In this document: in pieces, positions 53,401-64,000 of the stretch
Numbering within the stretch: position 1 is the first letter of the stretch
How the letters are laid out: each line of letters starts with the position of its first letter
Origin: Balanoglossus misakiensis
Taxonomy: Eukaryota; Animalia; Hemichordata
Direction of reading: 5' to 3'
NCBI GenBank assembly: GCA_040954595.2
Contig: CM082581.2
Span: forward strand, 13,651,921 to 13,715,920
DNA length: 64,000 nucleotides
Made by a program: the position numbers and the translations under genes
Notes under the pieces: generated by a model
Seen by the model: the letters and a program-made list of their open reading frames with translations, nothing else
The model's database searches: none
Told to the model about the DNA's origin: nothing

Positions 53401-56400
53401 ATAAAACGTCTTCTTGAATCGCCCTGTTTTTAAACTGGCGTCACGGGCAGCTAGCTAGTCAGGCCACCGCCGTTGTGAAACCTCCTCGTCACTTTCCTAG
53501 CACAAACAGACACCTATTGTACTGCCACATTCATTTATGAGCCGTTTACAGTAAATTTGGAACATAAATGACTTGGCGGATAGTTGAGAACGCGTGAAGA
53601 TACTTGACGCTAGCGCCGGGTAAACTCCATATTGAGAACCGTCCATGGCCAAAGTAATATTGCCTCTGGGTATACTCACTGGCCGTTCAGAGCAATACCC
53701 AGTTCTAAAAAAAACTTGAAAAGGCAAAAGAGGAGAAATTATCAAAAGATGCAGTATGTCTAAGTTATAGGAATTCTTCTGTTAATGCAATAACCTTTAC
53801 GTGAACTCTGTATCAATGTAAAACCAGCGCAGCTGCTGACTTTAGTACATGAAGTTCACAGAGTAAGACATGTATTGTCCAGTCTAAAACTGTCCGTATT
53901 CGGTGTCAGGGAAAGACAACTATTTAGGGTTTGCTAGAAATAGACTTGATTGAAAGCGTGTGCACATCGAGATCGATCAGTTCTGTGTCGGTTGTAGCGA
54001 CCTGTCTAAATGCATGGCTTAGTTTCTTTTCTCTATGCGTCGGACACTCACGCCAGTAATTCCTTTAATTCTCACCAGACTATGGGAGATCAACTGTAAT
54101 TGACTGGCGGAGTTAAAACACGGAGAACACGCCGCGAGAGCTTAAGGCAAATATCTCGTTTTGAGAACGACGTTAGGCCTACTTGCCCTTTTCCCGATGA
54201 CAGAGGCACAAAATGCGTGACTGATAAAAATCAGACTCCACACTTCGGGCCGATCTCGACAACGTCGTTAATTGACCAATTTGCGTATATCATTCTACTT
54301 GGAGAGGTTAGAATATCACTTATTCGGGGGCATTCCATCATTTAACACACCATGCCGTGCCGGTATCTTTGGCGGCCATTACAAATAGACGGGAGGAACT
54401 CCAAAATTGTGCAAAACATACACACACTTAGGCCACGGTTGACAGAACGGCTTGTGAGCACAGTGAAGGCTATCAGGCAGTTGAAAAGAGCCCATTGGGA
54501 TAAGTGTTTGTCCTTAAGAGACAGATATACTGCCTCGATAGGGTGAGTCAGCACAGCAAAGTACAGACATTCCAAGCACTTTCTTTCCAGCGACGCTCCG
54601 CCGAAACAAACGACTGCCCAAAAGCTCGTCTAGAATCTGAGCTATTTAGAATTATAGCGTACTTGTGTGACAGCCCGGTACCTGAGAAACTTTTAAACAA
54701 CTTTGGAAAGCATCTAAAGAGGGGATGGAATGGCCAGTCACAGCGAAAAGTAAACAAGCGTTTGGTTTCCTTTGTAATGGCACCAAGGAAGCGAACACCG
54801 TTTCAAATTTAACATCACGTACGAACATTGGCAGGACAATGTGAATATTGCGCTTCTCACGCTGTTTGTGCTGGCTACAGTTACCATCACCAATTCCCAC
54901 CACCGCCACACACTTAGCCATTCTTTGCAAATTGTTCTTAAATGATTCAGGAGATGCATTGGAGGAGTAGAGGAACAACCAACAACCTGTCTTGCAATGA
55001 AATAGATTCCCAGGGAAAGTCTGTGAAAATTGGACATTAGGGCCTGGGCAGAATTAAAAGGGGGTATTGGGCTGGTGCAATTTGCGGGAGGGTCACTATT
55101 TCTCGTGGATCCAGATTTTGAAAAAAAAAAACACCGGCGCTAACCCCCCCCCCCCTTTAACTCTGCCCAGGCCCTTACTGAGCTGAACACGGCCGCATCA
55201 GCCGAAGACCTGACATAACCACAGTCTTATAATGAACTAACCAACCAACCAACCAACCAAGCTAACCCAACCAAACAAACCATCATAACTATAAAAGGAA
55301 AGGAAAAAACACATTTCAAAAAATCTGGTTATCATTATAAATCAATGCAAAAAAAAACCCCGCAAATACTCCAAAAGCACATTACCGATTTCTTTATACA
55401 AACAGTGACGTAAGGTTAATAGTACATTTGTATCTTGTTTTCTACCTGTAGTAACCTAGGAATCGTGACATATGTAACCCAATCAGAATAGTTAAGGTGC
55501 TACCGAGCCAATCTTTGCAATCACAGCTGGTGTATGTCATTCCAACGATTGCACAACCTGATTTTCCCTGAGATTAGTTTCTCGCTTGACGTAATAGCGT
55601 GACGTTAGAGCAGATCGCCGGAGCCGTAGTGTCGATATTTACCCAGTAAAATGTGAGTTTTTCTTGTTGTCACTGTAAATCACAGACAATAATGTAGCGC
55701 CTTCAAGAAAGCACGGCAAAAAAAGCTTTTAGATGGTGTATGCGGAATGCGTTTTCTCTAGTAATTTGCTCGCTTCGGCGTTATTACCCGCAGAGGGCAT
55801 TTATTCAAATCACCGGTACGTTGATTCGCAGATCCTCTGCACGTGTGAAGAATCATCGATGTGGCATGCGGTGTGCAAAGCTTGGCATCAATATCAATTC
55901 GCGGACGACACACGGCTCTCGTCGGAGACATTTAGTCTATCTGCTGAGAAATCCAAACGGATGGGGGCAACTAGCGGGGCGAAGAGAAGCGGGAGAAACC
56001 GCGCCAAAACGACCACCACTACTCCATCAGTTTGTCGAATGTGTCAGTCTAGAGACCGAAAGTCTCCAAAAAAAGATTCCGATATGATTGAAAGGGTGCG
56101 AGGCGACGAGAAAGTCATAACGCGTAAGCTGAAACTTCTCTCATCCTAATTTGATATTTTTTCAGAAGTCCCAATCGATAAATGTGGTCTGTCTGCCCGT
56201 GGACAAATTACGAAATTAAAATGGATATTCAAATATAAGATGTTAGCCACACTGTCATAACAAATTCTGATTGCTTCCTTGAATATCGTGCGAGTTGTGG
56301 TTAAGTTATAAAATGATGTCAAAACATTTTCTCTGTTGAAATCGATAGTCCAAGAACGCATGGCCCGGGTGCGTTATGATTCCATTAGGCATCGAAAAGG

Positions 56401-59400
56401 AACATAGTAGTTTTGCCTATGGGCTATGGGGACTAGGACTTCAACTAATTCTAGACAAATACTAGACAAATTAACAAGTGGGAAGACACGAGTGTGAGTC
56501 TTGAGCGACCACCACGAAGTATTGTCATTCTGCTTCCAACAGAAAACTGGAGGGTATGTCTATTTGAGAAAGTGCTGCTGAGCGTAAAATTCGTTTCTAC
56601 TGCAAAATGAGTAGCTTTGCTCTGATGTCTCCATTTGCCGGTGGCTGTGGGGCACTTAATTTAACGCATTGTTTCGGCCACAAAGGGCGAGGGACGTCAA
56701 CGGTGCGCTAACGATTCAACTCCAGTTAGTCCTTTTAGGTAAAACACACTCAGTTGTTGGTTTGTTTGTTCAGATTTCTCCACTGTGTGATCATTTCTTT
56801 TGTAAGTGTTTATCGGCGCAGAGTAATCAGGACCGCAGTGTCGGGAGGCGCATGATTGTTTGTGCAGTGTGGTTTTTGTAAGTGTTAATGAGAGTGAAAG
56901 TAAAAGTACACTGCGAAAGTCAACATTTTTACTGTCAAACGTCGCGACGATTCTGTAAGGATGATAGACCCTTACCCTTTGACCGTCTTCCGCGTCAAGC
57001 GTACGTAGGATTTTAGTCTATGCATAAACTGTATATAAAACTCGTCTCCGTACATTTGAATACCGAAAGACTCATTCCAATGGCATATGCGGTCGCAGTT
57101 AACCAAACGTCGCAAAGGTCATTTTAAACCACCTGTTAGAAAGTCACGTGATTACGTAAGATATATTTGCATATTGTTAGAAAAATATTTTAACAGAAGG
57201 CAAAGCACTGCAAACGTCACCCATTTGACGATGTGTTTTCTGAACATTTCAATAACTTTTAAAATGGGTTTTTGGCGAACATGACAATCCATGGGTAAAA
57301 TTTTACTTGGAACAAGTTCTCGCCGGCTTACAGAGCTTTTTGTGATAGTTTACAGCCGTTATATTTGCTTGACATGCGCACTTAAACCCGTCACTTTTTC
57401 CAAGCACGTGGTCGCCAATAAGTCGGAGTGTAAATGGTATTGCTTAGGCTTATGCTAATCTCCTCTTCGATTATGGGGAATTTGTATTGTTTACGGTATT
57501 TTATTAGCGGATATATGATTAGCCAAACACTTAGGTGACCATGAGATCATGGTTTGCACGTCTGGTAGATTACAGGGCCTGAATCCCGTCTAGGCTCGAG
57601 TCTGAAGGTAGATTAAATTCATTTAAGCAGACTCCGTGTCTTTGTGAATTTCACCATCTTGATGTATGGTGCGACACGTTCAGTAATTTTACTTTCGTCT
57701 GACTGGCGCTATAAATCAAGGCGCCAAACTAATGATCCCTCTGCAGAAAATGATTAAATATACATGTACAAAATGCATTTTTTTCTTAACGTTATGATCA
57801 ATGGTTTTGGATACATCAAGACGTCGTGTTTTTGGCGACCGACAACTGTATTGGACGATTTCTGGGGCAGTTAGAGGCTTACACCCAACTTATTTACAAG
57901 GTGTTGTTTTGTGTAATACAGCTGATTGTAAAAAAATATCTGAAATAAACTGAAAGAAAGGCGGTTTTCCGCCCGAGCGAAGTTGATCCGACGAAATAAT
58001 CGAAGCAATGAAATAAGTTGAACAAGAAGAGAAAGGTATGGAATAGAAATGTGGAAAAAAGAGAGAAAGCAACCGCATAGTATCAGATGAATAGATCAAG
58101 TTGTTTTGAAATAGACTTCAGGTCCTATCCCGATTGTAAGTCACGGAGGGGTGAATAAGGTCGCAACACTGGTAACAAATACTAAGAGAGGGCGGAGAAT
58201 GAATGCCTGTATCAAGCTATAGCTATAGAAGCCCTGATGAGCGGGAGACGGGGGCCTTTGGCATGAATACCAACGATAAAATTGAGTTCTCCTGCCGGTT
58301 CCTTCCGGCACTGACAAACACACTTGAAAAGAACGACTGCCCCTTCCGCAGCGTGGCGGACTTTTCAGTGGCAGTGTGACGACGGACACGATTATCCCAC
58401 TTGTCTTTCTGACACTGTCGCCTAGCAACGTCAAACAACAGCCCGGATGGAGAGAAAGAGTTCATTCGAGGATGCGCATTCCACAATCCGTTCAAATTTC
58501 AGGGTATTTAGCCCCTCCCTCGGCTCCTAGCAAAACTCTAAAAGACACACAGAGTTTGGACATTTTTTCTCACTCCACTGACTCCACGAACCCGGCATTT
58601 TTTGGCCCCAAACGGATCCCGCCCGGAGTCATGAGAACAGAAACGAGAAAACACAAACACAAGTCTACAAATGAGTTCTCGAGCACGATTATGGACAACC
58701 GGACGACGAAAACAGAGTAACAGTTGCGGCATGGTTACAACATTTTGTAAACATAAACGCTAGCATTTTATAGGATATAGTCCGAATGTGTAGGGACGGC
58801 TTTGCCCGGAGCACGATAGATACCAAGTCCAAGTGCAACTAATAAAGTCAAGTTGTTTCACATTGTTTTCTTGGGTGTTGCTATTTCCCTGGATATTGCA
58901 ATATGGCCGCAAACAACGCTGCCACATGGGACCTGGCCACCTCAAAGGACGATTTGAGAAAAGAATTTCGCCTGGTGAAGTTATGCATACTATCTCGGGT
59001 TCACTTTTAATTCACCAACCCCAAGTGTGGGAATAAAACAACAATATTTGTCCTTTAAAATGAACACAACGCGACTCCCCGGCGCGAGACCAATGAATAG
59101 ATCAACAACAAACAAAAAACGGCAACACGGGCCCCGGATTCCTGGCAAAGAGAAAAACCCCGAAAGATTCTTAAAGGTTCTTACGATCGTATGAATAGCC
59201 GATCGCGTTCGGTATTTGAAGGCGGGGACTGATTTTTTTTCAGAGTTGAACCGTGTCTCACTTTTAATGTCCTATGTTCTGATAATACCGTGGTAAACAA
59301 CCCTTGCACAATGAGGCGACTGGAGTGGCCACAAACACGCGGTGAAAGCACCAGACAAACCCCTCGCGGTGTGAAATTTCTCAGGGAGATAAAATCCAAC

Positions 59401-60446
59401 CGAGTGAACAACCACTGCTCGCATGTGCCATGCCCGCATTACATAGCAAAGTAGCCGCCGCCAGTGTGCGGTGTCCTTAATCGACCTTTCCGGGCCCAGG
59501 ACGGGACGGTTGTAACAGTATATAAATCGTTGTCACGACACAATCATTTCATATCCCCCTGACTTGGCTGGGGTCGAGAGGTTGTAAACACGACATCGGC
59601 AGCAACGCCACCAACAAAAACAAGAACAAGGGATATTTACTCTTGCGACGCAAAACAAGATATATGCCACCCATTTCAGAAAAGAAACAGAGCACGCCCC
59701 CTATCAATCTGTTACAAACCCTGTCTGCCTGCAGACGGTCCGTAGAAGTGCTGGGCCACTTAATAATCTACTCCTCGTCCCTAAGTCACATGTTTGCATC
59801 ACATGTTCCTTAGCTATGACACACTACAAAATTAAAACCAGTGAAGGTGTGATAACATTTGCTCATAGCCTATAAGATGAGACTGTTTTCCGAGAGAGCG
59901 TGAATAGGACGCTCAAATGCCGAAATTCGAGATGGGCGTATACTTGAAATCGACGCTTTGAGTCTAAGAACCCAATCGCACAAACCCGCTTCTAGGAATT
60001 GGGAATTGGGTTTCTCAAAGTCATCCGATTAGCAGCTAGTCTTTAATATATAGATGTATATCAAAGAAAAAAAGATGACGGACATTCTCGACAATTCAAA
60101 AACCACAAAAAGTTCACCTTGAACTTGCAAAGCCAGGAGAACCCCACCGAGATTTTTCGTCCAGTTGTTTGTTACATTGTGACCTTTGACCTAGTTTCTG
60201 AAACGGGATAACTTAACATGAGGAACGTTGAAATATATTTTCGACGCCCATTTTAACGCGAAAAGAAATGTGTAACTGATTAATTTATATTGACTTTTAT
60301 CACATTTCTCATCTCTGTTTTTTTCTTTAATTTTAACAGCTAGATTAATCATAGAAGGGGATAATTTTGATAGTCAAGTTACGATACGTGGTGAAAAGAC
60401 CGGTGCCTATTTGTGTATGAACCACAAAGGAAAAGTATTTAGTAAG
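47468..60446 (+). CDS. FGF8/17/18: Fibroblast growth factor of the FGF8/17/18 subfamily, 4 coding exons visible, final exon beyond window
   Basis: Exons 47468-47496, 47767-47803, 49074-49257, 60340-60446. Translation: MLPYRCFCSLLLHVLLWCWHLQ (signal peptide) ESIQLSDSKDFGAHVSSQMGRHDTSSLGVERTVQLYSRASHGHVRIYGKNVDASGEDGEVYARLIIEGDNFDSQVTIRGEKTGAYLCMNHKGKVFSK. The F..HV, QLYSR, EDG and Y.CMN..GK motifs, plus the split signal-peptide exons, are characteristic of the FGF8 subfamily. Confidence 0.93.
47767..47803 (+). CDS. FGF8/17/18: FGF8/17/18 exon 1B-equivalent (LLHVLLWCWHLQ), 37 nt
   Basis: Polypyrimidine tract plus TGCAG acceptor, CAG|GTAAGT donor; resembles vertebrate LLLHLLVLCLQAQ. Confidence 0.88.
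49074..49257 (+). CDS. FGF8/17/18: FGF8/17/18 exon 1D-equivalent
   Basis: TCTTGCAG acceptor, G|GTGAGT donor; DFGAHV...QLYSR...EDG. Confidence 0.93.
55040..55174. mobile_element. 135-bp MITE with TTA target-site duplication (PIF/Harbinger-like)
   Basis: TTA GGGCCTGGGCAGAATTAAAAGGGGG ... CCCCCTTTAACTCTGCCCAGGCCC TTA; ~25-bp near-perfect TIRs. Confidence 0.85.
55239..55281. repeat. (AACC)n microsatellite, degenerate at 3' end
   Basis: AACCAACCAACCAACCAACCAAGCTAACCCAACCAAACAAACC. Confidence 0.8.
60340..60446 (+). CDS. FGF8/17/18: FGF8/17/18 exon 2-equivalent, 107 nt
   Basis: TTTTAACAG acceptor, AAG|GTAAGT donor; ARLIIEGDNFDSQVTIRGEKTGAYLCMNHKGKVFSK; not in the ORF track. Confidence 0.95.
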
Positions 60447-63400
60447 GTAAGTGACGTTGGCAGAATTTGAACCTTGCAGGGGAGCACAAAAACGCGTTGG
60501 AGATCGTTAACTTTCGCGAAAACTTAGAAGTTTTGAGCACACCTGTGCTTTTTGGAATGATTTCAATGGCGGTAATCACTGGTGCGTGGGAGTTCCTTGC
60601 AGCTCTGCTCTATTCCCCCCGGAGGTTCCAATCACTTGAATTTATATTTTTCCGAAGGAAATTGTTCGCTTCTTAACGAGTGCAAATAACAGAGTGTATT
60701 TCGAAAGTGCGTCACACTTGACGCAAACGTGGGAAGATTAGAGATGTTGAAAAGTTAGCCAAGGTACAATATACGCTCATGCTTATTAGTTTGAGTACAT
60801 TTTTTGTTTGTTATTGCGGAATGGTTATATTTATTTAATTGTAAGTGAGAATGTTTCGCGCCATCGAGAACATAAGGCCTCGAGAAGGTCAGGTAATAAT
60901 GCAAGCAGTTTTCGAGCTGCCACAAAGCATGTAATTTAAGCAAAGCTTGCTCGGCAAACAGAACCCATGGTTGAGAAACGTAGCCACGAAAAGTGAGATT
61001 GTCGGGGAACAATTCGACGCGCGGTCAACGTCCAAACAAACACACCGAGGGCTGAAATATCTTCGGTGCACCTTCGCAACGAATTCTTTGAGAATAGTTG
61101 TTTGTGGACACGCTGCTGCCACGAACAATGAGACTTGCTTTATTCCCTGGGCACAGCATAGTAGTTTTCAATGCATGGATTACGCTGTCCTCGCCGTAAC
61201 AAACGCGCTGTGCCTGTATTCCGACTGGCTTAGGCTACCCCAAGTCTATGAGCAGGCGTGGCGCAACTTTCAGGCCAGTGAGTTCGGCGTTGCACTTCGT
61301 TTTCTCCGTCTACATTCTTCTATCTGAGCGGCGGTCGCCACAAAGAACACTTTGCCTCCTGTTGATCAGACAAGCCAGCCCAATGTCATCACGTCATTTG
61401 CCGACCTTCCTGATTAACCGACCTCGGCAGTCTGCGCCTCCAATAGAGAGCCAAGAAGGCGCGCGCAACTTTCAGTGACCAGGAGTGAAAACCCCCGTGA
61501 AAATCCGGCTTCTGTTCACACTCGAAAGTTCAATTCAGAACAATGAACGGCGATTATTTTCGGCACAGCTAATAAAATCCCACCGCTTGTCAACTAGAAC
61601 GGTTAATAAACACCCCAAAAATGCATCGTAACCCAAAGGTACCAATTGACACCCTCTGAATGGAACACAATTGCAGTTGTTATGACCAAAAGTCGACATT
61701 CTCGCCACCCCTGAGCATATTCTAAAAGGCGTGACTTTATTTCCTTCAAGTAAACTTGACCATTCAATTAACTAATCAACTCATTTAAGCCAATTGTCTC
61801 TAGATTCGGTTCATACAACTTCATAAAATTCATTCCTAAATAAATAACAGTTCTTCCAGTGTCGTATGGATTGTCGTATCTTCTACTAAAATCTTTTTAC
61901 TTCCATTTTTTTCTAAATTTTCCGAGTCCCATGACACTACTGGTCAATATCTGATTACAGACATTTCGAAGCAGACGATCAATTAAGTAAGAATGGGCCA
62001 TTTGAGACAAAAGAAGGTGACTGAAATGTGTGATTGACAGCTCAAAGTGGCTGAAATTCTTCACAAAATATCACAGTATACACATCTAGGGCTCTAATGG
62101 GGTGTTTTGATTGAATAGTCCAAATTTAAGGGAACAACGAAGCTTTTTAACAGTTACTCCTGTTTATTAGCACTTGTCAAACGGTCAATCGAAGTTCAAA
62201 TTCCGCTTGAGTACAATTGGAAGAGGGGGTGGCGCGTTACCTGGGAAATCGCCACCCCCCCCCCCTCTCCCGCCCGTCACCACCGACCTTTTGGAGGCGG
62301 AATAGCTCTACCTGATTAACGAGACGTCCCAAGAGTAAACGCTTTCGTATGAAGTGTGTCGAATTGAAAGGAAAGGACACGGCTATTTTGAGGCTTGCAT
62401 TTAGCCAAGCGTGTCAGCATGTGCCAACGCAATAAAAACCAGAGATAAATCGGCGACGGTCCGACGTGAAACCGCCTTGTTTGCCAAGAACCAAACCCTT
62501 ATTGGTATTTGGTGTAAATTCCAAACAGATATGCACGTTTGCCTTCCATAGGGTGTAGCACACGCGATTAAAGTACAACCGCTTTCAAACGCTAACTGCT
62601 TTAAAAGTAATATTTTTTCACCAACTGAAATAACCGTGTTGATGAAAATTTGCAAAGTTGCCCCAAGGTCGCTGTCCTCTCCGAGATATTTTTCCGGACA
62701 CTTCTGCCCTGGGGGTTTGGAAAAGTCAATGAAAAAACAAAATACTTTCATTCGTGACTATACCCCCTAGTTTCTTTGTTGGCGCCCCGCCTGTTATGTG
62801 GCACAAGAAACCGGTCGGTCGCGGAGTCTGTTTCTGGATATTTGACGTTCTCCTTTCTCAGACTCAAATTCACTGTGTGAACTTTCAAAACATCTCGCGG
62901 CAAATGTTTTGGTATGGTAACGAATTATTATTTCGTTACGTGGAATTGCCAACGGGACAGTCGTCGTCGTTGTTGTTTTTCCCCGGAGAAAGTGTTTACT
63001 GAAAATCGCGACTTTCCCTCGAGGTTGGACATAGAAGCCTGACGTCACAAACTATACCCCAAGGGTAACACGGGGTAATAAAAAGTGGAGCTGACCCTTT
63101 CTGTCGAAATATCGGCCGCATTTCACCAAATTCGAAATGAATTCCCGCTCGTTAGTGTGACAAATATATAAGTTTACGGAAGAAAAACAAATTAAAGAAA
63201 CCACGTCTGATAACATTGATTATGATAAGGAGACGTTACACGTGTAACCACGGAGTTTAATCTTTTTGGGTGGGCATCTTACAAGGACCGTAACGCAATG
63301 AGTCAGACCATTACAACAAACTTTGTATGCGGCGCTAATTTGCTGATAGGTGTGAAGTTCTCCTGGTTTTATGAGAGGGTGTGGTGGGAAGCTTTGACGT

Positions 63401-64000
63401 CCATGGGAAGTGATATGACCGAAGAAATTATCGCAATTACCACGGAATGTGACATCTTGTATGATGATCATTTCATATCTGTTTGACGACCGTTCTTTCA
63501 ATTAAAGATGGCGTCTGTAGAGGCAACGGACAAATTCTGGTGCAAAACATTCAGCGCTGCCTCGCAGATACTCGCGCAGCAACAGGTGCTGTCAACTTTA
63601 TTGCGTCGACCCCCACTATGTGTTAAAATATTCTGCTCGCGGCGCTCGAAATTCTTCGGCATAGTAAACCGCAGTAAATTATATCCCGAAACTAAGCAAG
63701 TCGCAGATCGAACATTCTGCCAAATACCCACGTGACCGCTCTGTCTTCATAAATGATCGCTTATTCCTGATCCGTGTTAACCTCTACCTATCTGCAGACA
63801 GCCTTTATAGACTGAGGAGTACAGTTGTAGGGGTTCCCTACAGGTCAAGCATTCGTGCATATGACAAATCGTCAAGACGATCTACCACAGTGTTTTGTGG
63901 GGAGCCTATAGTCTCTGTCAATTAATCAGAGAGTATATTTATGTGGAAAACTGGATACACGGAGTGTTGGCTTTTTTACCATGATGTGGTAAAATTTAAT

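Noticed and set aside
1-64000. Prokaryotic-type systems (operons, CRISPR arrays, defence islands), rRNA/tRNA genes
   Set aside because: The sequence is spliced eukaryotic DNA; I saw no repeat-spacer array, no long ORFs and no recognisable structural RNA.
60447-64000. Final FGF8/17/18 exon (expected DC.F.E...EN.Y motif)
   Set aside because: Not found in the remaining sequence; presumably beyond the window edge.

Overview
This is intron-rich eukaryotic (metazoan) genomic DNA, probably from an invertebrate; a deuterostome such as a hemichordate is plausible but not provable here. Almost all ORFs in the supplied track are spurious or exon fragments. Three spliced genes can be reconstructed by hand with consistent GT-AG junctions and reading phases. 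(1) REC8-type meiotic cohesin kleisin, minus strand: ATG at 4695, 13 coding exons, 583 codons, running off the left edge. (2) A complete FBXW4/dactylin F-box WD40 gene, minus strand: 35269 to 8326, 8 exons, 385 aa, with a 16.5 kb intron 2. (3) An FGF8/17/18 gene, plus strand: ATG at 47468, 4 exons visible, last exon beyond the right edge. FBXW4 and FGF8/17/18 form the known conserved regulatory block but lie head-to-head here. CpG content rises sharply near 35.3 kb, and CpG-retaining patches with Gli, ETS and TCF motifs lie inside FBXW4 introns (candidate FGF8 enhancers). Several small MITEs are also present. I found no prokaryotic, CRISPR or wholly novel coding system; the most interesting signals are regulatory architecture and splicing.
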